DNA of 64,000 bases from Candidatus Omnitrophota bacterium. GTDB lineage: Bacteria; Omnitrophota; Gorgyraeia; VGKH01. The stretch is from positions 150,238 through 214,237 of the forward strand of contig JAKLEP010000003.1 in the NCBI GenBank assembly GCA_022703055.1, written 5' to 3'. A model generated the notes under the pieces. It was given only the letters and a program-made list of their open reading frames with translations, did no database searches and was not told the origin of the DNA. Below, piece by piece: positions 17,845 to 28,466 of the stretch (positions are counted from its first letter, which is position 1; each line of letters opens with the position of its first letter). Both the position numbers and the translations under genes were made by a program.

Positions 17845-18152
17845 ATTCTCAACCCTTGTTCCTGCTGTGCTGGTGCCGATCTTTTTAAAACACTAATTGA
17901 GTTTTTCTCGACTTCGATTTTAACTTCGTCATCCACGCGGATAACAAAAGTGGCGTCTTTGATATTAACAATCGTACCGTGAATGCCGCCGACGGTTATT
18001 ACTTCGTCATTTTTCTTCAAGCCCGCAATCATCATCTGGTGCTCCGATTGTTTCTGCTTCTGTGGGCGAAAAATCAGAAAATAGAAAATGACAAAAATCA
18101 AAATCAAAGGAACAAAACTCAAGATCGGATTCGGCGTTGGACCTTGTCCCAT
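17841..18152 (-). CDS. yajC: preprotein translocase subunit YajC
   Basis: FRPQKQKQ after a single TM helix, and VITVGGIHGTIV. Confidence 0.9.
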   Translation of the reverse strand: MGQGPTPNPILSFVPLILIFVIFYFLIFRPQKQKQSEHQMMIAGLKKNDEVITVGGIHGTIVNIKDATFVIRVDDEVKIEVEKNSISVLKRSAPAQQEQGLRI

Positions 18153-18153
18153 T

Positions 18154-18396
18154 TTATTTCTCCTTTTTTATCAAGCTTTTTAAGGTATCGGAGGGCGTTG
18201 CTCCCCGTTTTAACCAAAATGCGAGCTTCTCTTTATCAATTTTAAGCGCTGCAGGTTTCTTAGACGGATCATAATATCCGATGTCGTCTAAAGACCTGCT
18301 GTCTCTGGCGGAAGTTTTATCGCAAACGATTATGCGAAAATTGAATCTCTTTTTCGCCTTTGCGCTTATCTTTCTCATTCTGATAACAACTGACAT
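18154..18396 (-). CDS. rpsP: 30S ribosomal protein S16
   Basis: VVIRMRKISAKAKKRFNFRIIVCD...IGYYDP pattern; 80 aa. Confidence 0.9.
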   Translation of the reverse strand: MSVVIRMRKISAKAKKRFNFRIIVCDKTSARDSRSLDDIGYYDPSKKPAALKIDKEKLAFWLKRGATPSDTLKSLIKKEK

Positions 18397-18420
18397 TTAC
18401 TACACCTCCTTTAAAGTCTT

Positions 18421-19941
18421 TTAAGAAATTTCTTTGGCTAGATTTATGGCGTAAATTTGTGCTTTCGCCTTGTTTAATGTTTCCTGGTATTCTTTTGCGG
18501 GAATAGAATCAGCGACAATCCCCGCCCCTGCCTGGATATAGGCTCGTTTATCTTTTACGATAATCGTTCGTATAGTAATGCAGGTATCTAAGTTGCCAGA
18601 AAAGCTGAAATATCCGACGCAGCCGGCATAAGGACCGCGCTTGATATTTTCAAGCTCATCTATAATCTCCATAGCCCTGACCTTTGGAGCGCCAGTGACG
18701 GTTCCGGCGGGAAAAGTAGCGCGCAGCAGATCAAATATATCCTTGTTTTTATCCAGGACTCCTGTAACGTTACTTACGATATGCATTACATGCGAATATC
18801 TTTCTATGTTCATAAATTCGCTGACCTTAACGGTTGTCTTTTTGCAAACCCTTCCCAAATCGTTTCTGCCTAAATCTACGAGCATGATATGTTCAGCCTT
18901 CTCTTTAGCGTCATTTAATAGCTCAATTCCCAAGCGATTATCTTCAGCCTCATCTTTGCCTCTCTGCCTGGTACCGGCAATCGGACGCGTCTGGACAATT
19001 CCATCTTCGCAGCGAATTAATAATTCCGGGGATGAACCGATTACTTCTAATTTTGCGAATTTCAAATAATACATATAAGCGGAAGGGTTAATATTTCTTA
19101 ACGCCCTGTAGATATTAAACGGCGGGCACTTAAAATCAATATGAAATCTTTGGGATAAGACTGTCTGGATTATATCGCCTTTTTTAATGTATTCTTTGCC
19201 CTTCCTGACTATCGATTCGAATCCGTTTTTTGTGAAATTAGAAGCTAGTCTATATTTCTGGTTGAATGGTATGATTTCATTTACTTGAAGATCTAGATTA
19301 GACTTCAAACGGTTTAAAATTCCCTCGATTTTTCTCAGCGTCTGATTATAAATTTTATTGATTTCTTTTTGTTTGTTTTTTGCTTCCTCACCAATAAATG
19401 CGCAGGCAACAATCTTGATTTTGTGATTTAAGTGGTCAAATATCACCATGGTATCAGCCAAAACAAAAACGCAATCTGGCACTCTTAAATCATCGGCGTT
19501 TTTATCGGCGGAATTTTTAAGTTTTGGCTCAAAAAACCTGACCATGTCATAGCCCATATAGCCGACGAATCCGCCAAAAAACCGAGGCAGGCCTTTTACG
19601 TGGACTAGCCTGTATTTTCTTAAAATCTTCTTTATTTCTTCCAGGGGATCATTTTCGGCAATAATCTGTCTCTGTTTTTGTTTTGAGCCATGGAATTCTG
19701 TGATTGTAACCGCCCTGCCTTTACTCTTGAATACCAAAGACGGACTATCGCCTAAAAATGAAAATCTGGCATACTTTTCCTGGCCTTCAACAGATTCAAG
19801 CAAAAATGAATAGTCCGATTTCTGAATCTTTAAGAACGCTGAGACAGGCGTCTCGGTATCTGCCAGAATCTCTTTGTAGACCGGAATCAAATTCCCCTTC
19901 TTGGCTAATTTTACAAAATCTTTTTTTATCGGATAGTACAT
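18421..19941 (-). CDS. trpE: anthranilate synthase component I (chorismate-utilising enzyme)
   Basis: LLESVEG N-terminal motif and a C-terminal chorismate-binding domain ([25 protein letters not shown]). No trpG in the window. Confidence 0.8.
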   Translation of the reverse strand: MYYPIKKDFVKLAKKGNLIPVYKEILADTETPVSAFLKIQKSDYSFLLESVEGQEKYARFSFLGDSPSLVFKSKGRAVTITEFHGSKQKQRQIIAENDPLEEIKKILRKYRLVHVKGLPRFFGGFVGYMGYDMVRFFEPKLKNSADKNADDLRVPDCVFVLADTMVIFDHLNHKIKIVACAFIGEEAKNKQKEINKIYNQTLRKIEGILNRLKSNLDLQVNEIIPFNQKYRLASNFTKNGFESIVRKGKEYIKKGDIIQTVLSQRFHIDFKCPPFNIYRALRNINPSAYMYYLKFAKLEVIGSSPELLIRCEDGIVQTRPIAGTRQRGKDEAEDNRLGIELLNDAKEKAEHIMLVDLGRNDLGRVCKKTTVKVSEFMNIERYSHVMHIVSNVTGVLDKNKDIFDLLRATFPAGTVTGAPKVRAMEIIDELENIKRGPYAGCVGYFSFSGNLDTCITIRTIIVKDKRAYIQAGAGIVADSIPAKEYQETLNKAKAQIYAINLAKEIS

Positions 19942-20270
19942 AGTTTCCTAAAGAAACAGCTTCTATTTTTTGTATGGCAGGCCACGCCTGTCTGTTTGAC
20001 CTTAATCAAAAGCGCATCTGCGTCGCAATCGTAATAAATCGCTTTTACTTGCTGGATATTTCCCGACGTCTCGCCCTTGACCCAATATTCTTTCCGGGAA
20101 CGCGACCAAAAACAGGTCTTACCAAATTTTATCGTCCTCTTTATAGATTCTTTATTCATGTAGGCGACCATAAGGACGTCGTTTTTCTTATAATCCTGGA
20201 TTATCGCAGGGATCAAGCCTGATTTATCAAACTTCAGCTTGTTGATAGTTTTTGAATTAATCTTTGTCAT
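19926..20270 (-). CDS. hisI: phosphoribosyl-AMP cyclohydrolase
   Basis: 114 aa. GLIPAIIQD...MVAYMN...WSRSR...W.KGETSG...DCD motifs. No fused HisE domain. Confidence 0.9.
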   Translation of the reverse strand: MTKINSKTINKLKFDKSGLIPAIIQDYKKNDVLMVAYMNKESIKRTIKFGKTCFWSRSRKEYWVKGETSGNIQQVKAIYYDCDADALLIKVKQTGVACHTKNRSCFFRKLCTIR

Positions 20271-21022
20271 AATCGTACCTTTATTCCTTTTTTTTGCAGA
20301 TATTCTTTAACCTGCTTTATTGATAGTTCTTTGTAATGAAACACAGATGCCGCTAAAGCTGCGTCAGCCCCAGTCTCAGTCAATACTTCGGCGAAATGCT
20401 CTAATTTTCCTGCTCCACCGGATGCGATAACCGGAATATTAACTGCCTTGCAAATTTTCTTGGTCAGTTCCAAATCATATCCGTCCTTGGTCCCGTCATA
20501 ATCCATACTAGTTAACAAAATTTCTCCTGCGCCGAGTTTTTCCGCCTCTTTTGCCCATTCAATAGCATCTTTTTCAACCGGCGTTCTGCCGCCATGGATA
20601 TAAACCTGCCAGCTGTCTTGGACGCGCTTGGCATCTATTGCCACAACGATACATTGGCTGCCGAATTTAGCCGAAGATTCTGTAATCAAAATGGGATTTT
20701 TTACGGCTGAAGTATTTATTGAAACTTTATCTGCGCCAGAATTCAAAAGAATTCTGATGTCTTCTAAATCTCTTATTCCGCCGCCGACGGTAAGCGGCAT
20801 AAATACCGATTCAGCGGTCTTTTTAACTACGTCTAAAAGAATCGGCCTTTTCTCGTGGCTCGCGGTAATATCAAGAAAAACGATTTCATCGGCGCCTTCT
20901 TTATCGTAAAAGCCGGCTATCTCTGCCGGATCGCCTGCATCGCGAAGGCCTACAAATTTTATGCCTTTTACGACTCTACCCTCTTTAACATCAAGACAGG
21001 GAATTATTCTCTTTGTGAGCAA
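20267..21022 (-). CDS. hisF: imidazole glycerol phosphate synthase, cyclase subunit
   Basis: [16 protein letters not shown] start and a TIM-barrel HisF pattern. Confidence 0.95.
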   Translation of the reverse strand: MLTKRIIPCLDVKEGRVVKGIKFVGLRDAGDPAEIAGFYDKEGADEIVFLDITASHEKRPILLDVVKKTAESVFMPLTVGGGIRDLEDIRILLNSGADKVSINTSAVKNPILITESSAKFGSQCIVVAIDAKRVQDSWQVYIHGGRTPVEKDAIEWAKEAEKLGAGEILLTSMDYDGTKDGYDLELTKKICKAVNIPVIASGGAGKLEHFAEVLTETGADAALAASVFHYKELSIKQVKEYLQKKGIKVRL

Positions 21023-21735
21023 AATTCAATCGCCTCCCTCAAAGAAAGTGTGCGTTCGTATATCGCTCTTCCTAAAATAATCCCACGAAGACCTTCTTTT
21101 TCCAACTCTTTTAGCCTCTTTAAATCATTTAGATTTGATATTCCGCCTGAAGCGACTACGGGTATATCAACCGCATCTAAAATACTTTTTATACCGTCGA
21201 TGTTCGGCCCCTTGAGCATTCCGTCTCTAGCTATATCTGTATAGACTATTCCTTTCACACCCAAATCTTGTAATTCCTTAGCAAAGTCTGTGGCATTGAT
21301 TAAAGATATTGATGTCCATCCTTCCTTAGCGAGTTTACCATGCGATGCATCGATACTGACGATAATCTTATCCGGCCATTGCTCTAGAGCCTTTTTAAGA
21401 AACTCCTTATCTTCTATCGCCTTTGTACCCAAAACCACACTTGAGACACCAACACTAATAAGCCTCTGTATGGTATCTAAGTCTCTTATCCCGCCTCCAA
21501 CCTGAACCTGTGCTTTGGTATATCTGACGATATTATTAATAAGCACTATATTTTTAATTTGGCCGGTTGCTGCACCGTCAAGGTCAACTATATGCATGAA
21601 CTGAGCGCCGTGAGAAATCCATTGCTGGGCGATATCAAAGGGATGCTCGGAATAAACAGTCACCTCTTGAAATTTACCTTGCTTTAGCCGTACGACTTTT
21701 CCGTCTAAAATATCAATTGCCGGTATAACAATCAT
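21004..21735 (-). CDS. hisA: 1-(5-phosphoribosyl)-5-[(5-phosphoribosylamino)methylideneamino]imidazole-4-carboxamide isomerase
   Basis: [17 protein letters not shown] start and VGGGIRD. Confidence 0.9.
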   Translation of the reverse strand: MIVIPAIDILDGKVVRLKQGKFQEVTVYSEHPFDIAQQWISHGAQFMHIVDLDGAATGQIKNIVLINNIVRYTKAQVQVGGGIRDLDTIQRLISVGVSSVVLGTKAIEDKEFLKKALEQWPDKIIVSIDASHGKLAKEGWTSISLINATDFAKELQDLGVKGIVYTDIARDGMLKGPNIDGIKSILDAVDIPVVASGGISNLNDLKRLKELEKEGLRGIILGRAIYERTLSLREAIEFCSQRE

Positions 21736-21736
21736 T

Positions 21737-22345
21737 TTACACCTTCAGGAAATTCTCCAATATCTTTAAGCCCAGCCGCTGGCTTTTCTCCGGGTGAAAC
21801 TGTACCCCGAACGTATTGCCTCTTGAAACAGCAGAAACAAAACCAGTGCCATATTCTGTCTTAGATGCAATGATATCCTTATCATCAGGATTGACAAAAT
21901 ATGAATGGCAAAAATACATGTTTGCACCATCATTGATTCCTTTAAACAATTGGCAATTATCTTTAGAATTCTTATTTAGCTGATTCCAACCGATATGCGG
22001 AACTTTCACACCCTTGAATTTATCGACACTGCCTTTAAATATATCCAGCCCCTTTAAGCCTTTTGCCTCCTGGCTTGAGCTAAATAATAACTGTAGTCCG
22101 AGACAAATACCTAAAAATGGCTTATCGGATTTAATAAAATCTTTTATACTCTCGATCAAACCTAAATCTGCCAGCTTCTCCATCGCCACGGCAAATGCTC
22201 CGACTCCTGGCAAGACAAGCTTGTCCGCCTTTGAGATATCATCTGCCGACTGGGTAATTTTAGTTTTCGCACCTACGAATTCCAAAGCCTTTTGGACGCT
22301 TCTAAGATTACCCGAATCATAGTCAATGATTACCACTGTTGACAT
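21737..22345 (-). CDS. hisH: imidazole glycerol phosphate synthase, glutamine amidotransferase subunit
   Basis: VVIIDYDSGNLRSV, PGVGAF, GICLGLQ (catalytic Cys) and FHPEKS. Confidence 0.9.
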   Translation of the reverse strand: MSTVVIIDYDSGNLRSVQKALEFVGAKTKITQSADDISKADKLVLPGVGAFAVAMEKLADLGLIESIKDFIKSDKPFLGICLGLQLLFSSSQEAKGLKGLDIFKGSVDKFKGVKVPHIGWNQLNKNSKDNCQLFKGINDGANMYFCHSYFVNPDDKDIIASKTEYGTGFVSAVSRGNTFGVQFHPEKSQRLGLKILENFLKV

Positions 22346-22965
22346 TAATCGATCCTGCCCTTGGTTGAAGGTATCCCTTTTCTGCGCGGCTCGATCTGGG
22401 TTGCCTGGTCTAGAGCTACGCCCATGGCCTTGAAAATCGCTTCCAAGACGTGATGAGAATCCATATCCTGCGACATGGGAACCCTAACATTTAAAGAAAT
22501 TCTGGCGTGAGAAATGAATCCTTCCAAGAAAATCTTAAAATCATCAGTCTTAAGATCGGAAAATTTCTCAATCAAAGGATGCAATAATCCGGCTCCTTCT
22601 CCGATATTAAAAGTCAAATATGGCCTGCCGCTGATATCTACGCTCACATTAGCGACAACACTATCCATGGGAATCGAAGCGTAGCCGTATCGTTTGATAC
22701 CCTTAGCATCACCCAAAGCCTTTTTAAAGGCATCGCCCAAAGCGATACCTATATCTTCGACGATGTGGTGCTTAAGATCTCCATGTTTTAATTCAATCTC
22801 CAAATCAAATAAACCGTGAAAGCAGAAAAGCTCAAGCATATGATTCAGCGAATCAAAACCGGTGTTTATCTTCGACTTCGACTTGCCGTCTATCGCAAAC
22901 TTGACCGTCATATCGACTTCGTTGGTCTTTCTTTTGATAGTGGCTTCTCGTATCTTTGTCGCCAT
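22345..22965 (-). CDS. hisB: imidazoleglycerol-phosphate dehydratase
   Basis: IGPD motifs HHIVEDIGIALG and DSHHVLEAIFKA. Confidence 0.9.
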   Translation of the reverse strand: MATKIREATIKRKTNEVDMTVKFAIDGKSKSKINTGFDSLNHMLELFCFHGLFDLEIELKHGDLKHHIVEDIGIALGDAFKKALGDAKGIKRYGYASIPMDSVVANVSVDISGRPYLTFNIGEGAGLLHPLIEKFSDLKTDDFKIFLEGFISHARISLNVRVPMSQDMDSHHVLEAIFKAMGVALDQATQIEPRRKGIPSTKGRID

Positions 22966-22977
22966 AAATATTCTCCT

Positions 22978-24198
22978 TTATTTAAATCTGACTCGCACAG
23001 ATTCCAAATGTTCTTTCAATCCTTCGATACCGGCGATTTTTTCCAAAGGTTGCCTTACTTTTTCCAAAGCCTTTTTAGAATAAAAAATCAAGTGGCTGGA
23101 TTTGATAAAATCCTCGATGCCAAGCCCTGAGAAAAATCTTGCGGTTCCCGAAGTCGGCAATACATGACTAGGCCCGGCAACATAATCTCCTACCGCTGTA
23201 GGGCTATACGGGCCTAAGAAAACCGCGCCAGCATTTTTTATCTTCTTAACTATATTTAAAGGATTGTTAGTCAATATCTCCAAGTGTTCAGGAGCAATCC
23301 TATTGGAAATCTCAACTGCCTGCTCTAAATTCTTAGCCAAGATGATATATCCGGCTCCTGCCTGACTCTTGACTTGTTTAATCAACGATTTAGAAGTCGT
23401 TATAAGTATCGAAAGCCCACCGATGTGTTCAGACTGTGATTTCAAATCGGCAATAATGAAATTAGGATTACTGTAACGGTTAGCAATAACCACAAGTTCG
23501 GTTGGCCCGGCTAACATATCAATATCAACATAACCAAAAACTTGTCTTTTTGCTTCAGTGACATAGCAGTTCCCCGGGCCGACGATTTTATCTACCTTAG
23601 GCACCGTCTTAGTCCCTAATGCCATTGCGGCTATAGCTTGCGCTCCGCCGATTCTATAGATTTCATTAACCTTCAACAAATTAGCTACGACTAAGATATG
23701 CGGGTTGATTCTGCCGCGCGGATCCGGCGGAGTAGCCAAAACAATTCTTTTTACTCCTGCCATCTTTGCGGGAAGAACGGTCATATAAACTGTAGATACT
23801 AAAGGCGCAGTCCCCGACGGGATATATATTCCTACACTTTCCAGTGGCTGAATACTTTCTCCCAGAATAACACCGTCATCGTCTCTGGTCCGCCAGGATT
23901 TTCTCATCTGCCTTTTATAGAATTTAGTGACATTTTCAATGACGACTTTAAGGCTGGAAATAAAATCTGGGGTTATATCCTGATAAGCTCCGCTAATCTC
24001 GCTTTCGCTCACCCTCAGCTGCTTTACCGATAATTTGACCTTGTCAAACTTTTTGGTATATCTAAGCAGCGCTTCATCTCCGTTTGCCCTGACATCGTCT
24101 ACGATACTTCTGACTTTTTCCTGGATGCGTTTTTTCTGGCTGAATTTACGGTTATAAAGCTTATCAAACTCTTTCTGGGAAAATTTTATAAGTTTCAT
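22978..24198 (-). CDS. hisD: histidinol dehydrogenase
   Basis: 406 aa. IAGPTE-like LAGPTELVV, GDYVAGPSHVLPT. Confidence 0.9.
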   Translation of the reverse strand: MKLIKFSQKEFDKLYNRKFSQKKRIQEKVRSIVDDVRANGDEALLRYTKKFDKVKLSVKQLRVSESEISGAYQDITPDFISSLKVVIENVTKFYKRQMRKSWRTRDDDGVILGESIQPLESVGIYIPSGTAPLVSTVYMTVLPAKMAGVKRIVLATPPDPRGRINPHILVVANLLKVNEIYRIGGAQAIAAMALGTKTVPKVDKIVGPGNCYVTEAKRQVFGYVDIDMLAGPTELVVIANRYSNPNFIIADLKSQSEHIGGLSILITTSKSLIKQVKSQAGAGYIILAKNLEQAVEISNRIAPEHLEILTNNPLNIVKKIKNAGAVFLGPYSPTAVGDYVAGPSHVLPTSGTARFFSGLGIEDFIKSSHLIFYSKKALEKVRQPLEKIAGIEGLKEHLESVRVRFK

Positions 24199-26837
24199 TA
24201 TCTAACTTTCCTCTCAGATATCTCTATCGCTTTGGACAATGCCTCGCCAAGCTTGCTGGCGTTGCTGCCGCCGGCCTGGGCGAGATCGGATCTCCCGCCG
24301 CCTTTTCCTTCCACAACTTCGGCGACTGATTTTATCATGTCCGAGGCATCAATACCTTTATCCTTTAGATTATCCGTTACTCCCATAACAATCATCACTG
24401 CGCCGTCTTTTACCGAACCCAATGTGATAATCGCACTTTTAATATTCTTTTTTAACATATCCATCACCGAACGTAAAACTCCAAAATCGGCATCATCTAT
24501 TTTATAAGCAATGATTTTCACGGCATTAACTACTTTTCCTGAGGCTATTATATCGTTAAGAGATTTTTGAACTGATTCTAGCTTTGCACTGCTCAATCTT
24601 CTGTCCAATGCCTTAGATGAATCTATCAGCTTAGACAGACTTGAAATTAGGTTACCTTCGTCGGTTTTTAGCATATTTGATAATTCCTGAATTAATTCTT
24701 CCTTTTGCTTCATATTTTTGTAAGCTACTTTTCCCGTTGTGGCCTCGATTCTCCTAATACCCTGAGCAACTGAGCCTTCGCTTAAAATCTTAAAAAGACC
24801 AATTTGCCCAGTGGCTTTTAAATGCGTGCCGCCGCAAAGCTCTTTGGAATGGGCGCCGATCTTTACCACGCGGGATTTGTCAGCATATTTCTCGGCGAAG
24901 AAAGCTAGGGCACCCTCTTTTTTTGCTTGAGCAGTAGTTTTTTCTTCCACTTTTAAAGTATCATTATTAATAATGTATTCATTAACCAATTCTTCCACAC
25001 GGGATAATTCCTCTTTGGTCAATTGTTTAAAATGCGTGAAGTCAAACCTCAATCTGTCTTCGGCCACCAATGATCCTTGCTGCTGGACATGTTCACCCAA
25101 GACTTTTCTTAATGCTGCCTGTAAGAGATGGGTCGCAGTGTGATTCCTGGCTATAGCCAGCCTTCTTTCAATATCTACCTCGGCATTCACTTTATCGCCC
25201 ACTTTAAACTCTCCTTTTATTGAACCGCAAATATGTATAATCGATTGGTGAATCTTCTTTACGTCAACGACTTCAAGCTTGGCATCTTTATCTTGAGAAA
25301 TTATTCCTTTATCGCAGATTTGACCGCCGGATTCTGCATAAAACGGTGTCTTATCTAAAATAATCTTTGCGGTCTTTAATCCTTTGGTAGTTTTTACTTC
25401 ATTGTTCTCTTGATCAAAGATTTTAAGAATCTTAGATTTCTCTTCCATGGTTTCATAGCCGACGAATTCAGTGGCTTCTAAATCCCCTTTAATTTCCGCA
25501 TCTACGAAGACATCGCCAGCCATGGAACTGGCACTTTTGGAGCGCTGTTTTTGTTCCTGCATGAGAACATCAAAATATTTTTCATCAAAAGGCACATTAT
25601 TGTCTTTGGCGAAATTTTGTGTCATCTCTTTAGGATAGCCGTAAGTATCATGCAGTTCAAAAGCAAATTCAGCAACTTTTTTCGCTAGCTCGCTGGTTGA
25701 CTTCAATTCTTTCCTGAATAGTTCAAAGGAAGAAATCATTTTCGGCTCTGTTTCTTTTAACACATTCCAGAAAGATTCTTCTTCTCTTTTAATGATTGCA
25801 GCGATGTTTTCTCGTCTATCAAGGAGTTCAGGATATGGCTCTTTCATCACCTCGGATACCACTGACACTAATTTATACAGAAAAGCCTTCTTGATCCCGA
25901 TTTGTCGACAGTTATTTACCCCCCGCCTTATCAGTTTTCTTACTACATATCCTCTGTTGTCATTAGAGGGCAAAACGCCATCTAAAATTGCGAAGGACAT
26001 GGCTCTTATATGATCGGCAACAACATAAACAATTTTTAAATTTGGGCTACGCCCAGCTTCTTTAACTATCTCTTTGACTATCGGCTCAAATAAATCGGTC
26101 TCAAAATTGCTTTTAACGCCCTGCATCACAGCAGCTAAACGTTCCAACCCCATTCCAGTATCGATATTTCTATTGGGAAGCGGCTCTAAGCTGCCGCCTT
26201 CTTTGCGGTTAAACTGGGTAAAAACCAGATTCCAGATTTCGGCGAATCTTCCACAGCTGCAAGCAGGATCGCAATCTTTTTTGCCGCAACCTATATCCTT
26301 GCCGTAATCATAAAAAATCTCCGAGCAAGGCCCGCAGGGACCGTTAGGGCCTTTTTGTTTTGCTTCAGACGGCCAGAAATTTTCTTTATCGCCTAATTTA
26401 ACAATCTTATCTTTACCAATCTTGATGTCTTTTAACCAAATCTGATAAGCCTCATCGTCCTCTTTATAAACCGATACCCAAAGTTTATCTTGGGGAATCT
26501 TGAGCCATTCAGTTAGAAATTCCCAGGCCCAGGCAATTGCTTCTTTTTTGAAATAATCGCCGAAAGAAAAATTTCCCAGCATTTCAAAGAAAGTGTGATG
26601 AAACGGAGTTTGGCCTACCTTGTCCAGGTCGTCAGTCCTTAGACATTTTTGGCTGCTTGCAGCGCGGCGAAAATCTGTAATCTGTCCCAGGAATTGTTTT
26701 TTGAATTGATTCATACCCGCAGATGTAAATAAAACTGTAGGATCACCGGCAGGAACCAAAGAATCGCTTACGACAATCTTGTGTTTTTTACCAGCAAAAA
26801 ACTCTAGGAATTTTTTTCTTAATAAATCTGCTTTCAT
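24198..26837 (-). CDS. alaS: alanine--tRNA ligase
   Basis: 879 aa. FTSAGMNQFK, the editing-domain HTATHLL motif, and a C-terminal DHHA1-like region. Confidence 0.95.
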   Translation of the reverse strand: MKADLLRKKFLEFFAGKKHKIVVSDSLVPAGDPTVLFTSAGMNQFKKQFLGQITDFRRAASSQKCLRTDDLDKVGQTPFHHTFFEMLGNFSFGDYFKKEAIAWAWEFLTEWLKIPQDKLWVSVYKEDDEAYQIWLKDIKIGKDKIVKLGDKENFWPSEAKQKGPNGPCGPCSEIFYDYGKDIGCGKKDCDPACSCGRFAEIWNLVFTQFNRKEGGSLEPLPNRNIDTGMGLERLAAVMQGVKSNFETDLFEPIVKEIVKEAGRSPNLKIVYVVADHIRAMSFAILDGVLPSNDNRGYVVRKLIRRGVNNCRQIGIKKAFLYKLVSVVSEVMKEPYPELLDRRENIAAIIKREEESFWNVLKETEPKMISSFELFRKELKSTSELAKKVAEFAFELHDTYGYPKEMTQNFAKDNNVPFDEKYFDVLMQEQKQRSKSASSMAGDVFVDAEIKGDLEATEFVGYETMEEKSKILKIFDQENNEVKTTKGLKTAKIILDKTPFYAESGGQICDKGIISQDKDAKLEVVDVKKIHQSIIHICGSIKGEFKVGDKVNAEVDIERRLAIARNHTATHLLQAALRKVLGEHVQQQGSLVAEDRLRFDFTHFKQLTKEELSRVEELVNEYIINNDTLKVEEKTTAQAKKEGALAFFAEKYADKSRVVKIGAHSKELCGGTHLKATGQIGLFKILSEGSVAQGIRRIEATTGKVAYKNMKQKEELIQELSNMLKTDEGNLISSLSKLIDSSKALDRRLSSAKLESVQKSLNDIIASGKVVNAVKIIAYKIDDADFGVLRSVMDMLKKNIKSAIITLGSVKDGAVMIVMGVTDNLKDKGIDASDMIKSVAEVVEGKGGGRSDLAQAGGSNASKLGEALSKAIEISERKVR

Positions 26838-27301
26838 AACTCATTTACAACTTCGTTTATCACATCGATGGAAAATCCTCGGCGGATAAGAAAACTGTAA
26901 ATTCTCGCTTTTGCTTTCTTGGAATCAATATTCTTTAACTTTTTTAATTTCTCTCGGGCCAATTCCGAGACAACTTCGTATTCGCTGTAATTATCCTTTA
27001 AGCTGTCTCTTGCCTGCTCGATTATTTCTGAAGGAATCCCTTTTTGCCTAAGCTCCAAAGAAATCCGTCTCAACCCCAAAGGCTTAGCCAGCCGGCTCTT
27101 CATCCAACCGGCGGCGAATTCTTCATCATTAATTAATGCTAATTTGTCAAAATAATCGATAGCTGAATTAATCGTCGCTGTGGTAAACTTCTTTCTCTTA
27201 AGCCTATCCTCTATTTCCTTACGGCTCCTGGCACGGAATTTCAACAGCTGAAAAACTATTCCTTTGGCTTTTGTTAAGTCACTGCTCGATTCTTGAGCCA
27301 T
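26834..27301 (-). CDS. recX: recombination regulator RecX
   Basis: 155-aa helical-repeat protein immediately downstream of recA. Confidence 0.8.
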   Translation of the reverse strand: MAQESSSDLTKAKGIVFQLLKFRARSRKEIEDRLKRKKFTTATINSAIDYFDKLALINDEEFAAGWMKSRLAKPLGLRRISLELRQKGIPSEIIEQARDSLKDNYSEYEVVSELAREKLKKLKNIDSKKAKARIYSFLIRRGFSIDVINEVVNEL

Positions 27302-27308
27302 ATGATAA

Positions 27309-28316
27309 CTATTCTTTTATGCTGTCTCTTATCAATTTTTCGATTTTATTGAGAACTTTTTCGTGTTCTTTAAGGTACTGACGGGCATTCTCAAAACCTT
27401 GGCCTATCTTTTCATCTTCAAAGATCAACCAGGCACCTGACTTCTTAACGATCTCTTTTTCAACGGCGACGGTAAGAACAGTTCCGGATCTCGAGATGCC
27501 TTCCTCATGAAGAATATCAAACAAAGCTTCTCTAAAGGGCGATGCAACTTTATTTTTTACTACCTTGGCTCTGACGTGGCTTCCGATAACCAGCTCGCCG
27601 ACTTTGATTGCGCCGATTCTTCTTAAGTCTATCCTGACAGACGAGTAAAATTTAAGCGCTCTGCCGCCGGGAGTAGTCTCGGGAGAACCAAACATTACCC
27701 CGATTTTCTCCCTGATCTGGTTAATAAACACGACACAGGTCTTGGACTTGCTGATTGCGCCGGTCAATTTCCTTAAAGCCTGAGACATCAACCTTGCCTG
27801 AAGACCGATCTGGGCTTCGCCCATTTCTCCTTCAATTTCAGCCCGAGGCGTAAGCGCGGCTACTGAATCAATAACAACCATATCCACCGCGTTAGACCTA
27901 ACTAAGGTTTCAGCAATCTCTAAAGCCTGTTCTCCGGTATCCGGCTGGGAAATCAATAAGTCGTCCAAATTAACTCCTACTTTCTTGGCATAAGTTGAAT
28001 CAAAAGCATGTTCAGCGTCGATAAAAGCAGCTACGCCTGCGTTTTTCTGGGCCTGAGCGATAACGCTTAAAGTAAGCGTAGTTTTTCCCGAAGCTTCCGG
28101 ACCAAAGATTTCAATAACTCTTCCCCTGGGAAGACCACCAATCCCTAAAGCTATATCAAGCGAAATAGCTCCTGTTGGCAGAGCCTCGACATCCATTTTT
28201 GTCTCTTGACCTAACTTCATTATCGAGCCTTTTCCGAACTGCTTTTCAATCTGAGACAGAGCTAATTCGAGGGCTTTTTGCCTGCTTGAAACATCAGGTT
28301 TTTTCTCCTGTGACAT
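27309..28316 (-). CDS. recA: recombinase RecA
   Basis: Walker [10 protein letters not shown]; [10 protein letters not shown]; L2-loop region and overall sequence. Confidence 0.97.
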   Translation of the reverse strand: MSQEKKPDVSSRQKALELALSQIEKQFGKGSIMKLGQETKMDVEALPTGAISLDIALGIGGLPRGRVIEIFGPEASGKTTLTLSVIAQAQKNAGVAAFIDAEHAFDSTYAKKVGVNLDDLLISQPDTGEQALEIAETLVRSNAVDMVVIDSVAALTPRAEIEGEMGEAQIGLQARLMSQALRKLTGAISKSKTCVVFINQIREKIGVMFGSPETTPGGRALKFYSSVRIDLRRIGAIKVGELVIGSHVRAKVVKNKVASPFREALFDILHEEGISRSGTVLTVAVEKEIVKKSGAWLIFEDEKIGQGFENARQYLKEHEKVLNKIEKLIRDSIKE

Positions 28317-28397
28317 AAAATACCTCCGTATTTTGAAATATAGTTTTTAGATTAAGGCGGACCCCAAAGTACTCTTTCCTCTGAAGAAGTAGAAAGA

Positions 28398-28426
28398 ATT
28401 ATACCCTAAAAAATAAACAATGTCAA
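28398..28426 (-). promoter_or_regulatory. consensus sigma70 promoter upstream of recA
   Basis: Minus strand TTGACA (28426-28421), 17-nt spacer, TATAAT (28403-28398). It lies about 80 nt upstream of the recA ATG, which has a GGAGG SD. Confidence 0.6.
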
Positions 28427-28466
28427 ACAATTCTTAAGGCTTAGAAATTAAATAAGTTAAGTATTC

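Noticed and set aside
28317-28466. SOS/LexA operator in the recA upstream region.
   Set aside because: I found no CTGT-N8-ACAG or GAAC-N4-GTTC type palindrome, only a short direct repeat ATTGTTT around the -35 box. No lexA gene is in the window to suggest the cognate motif.
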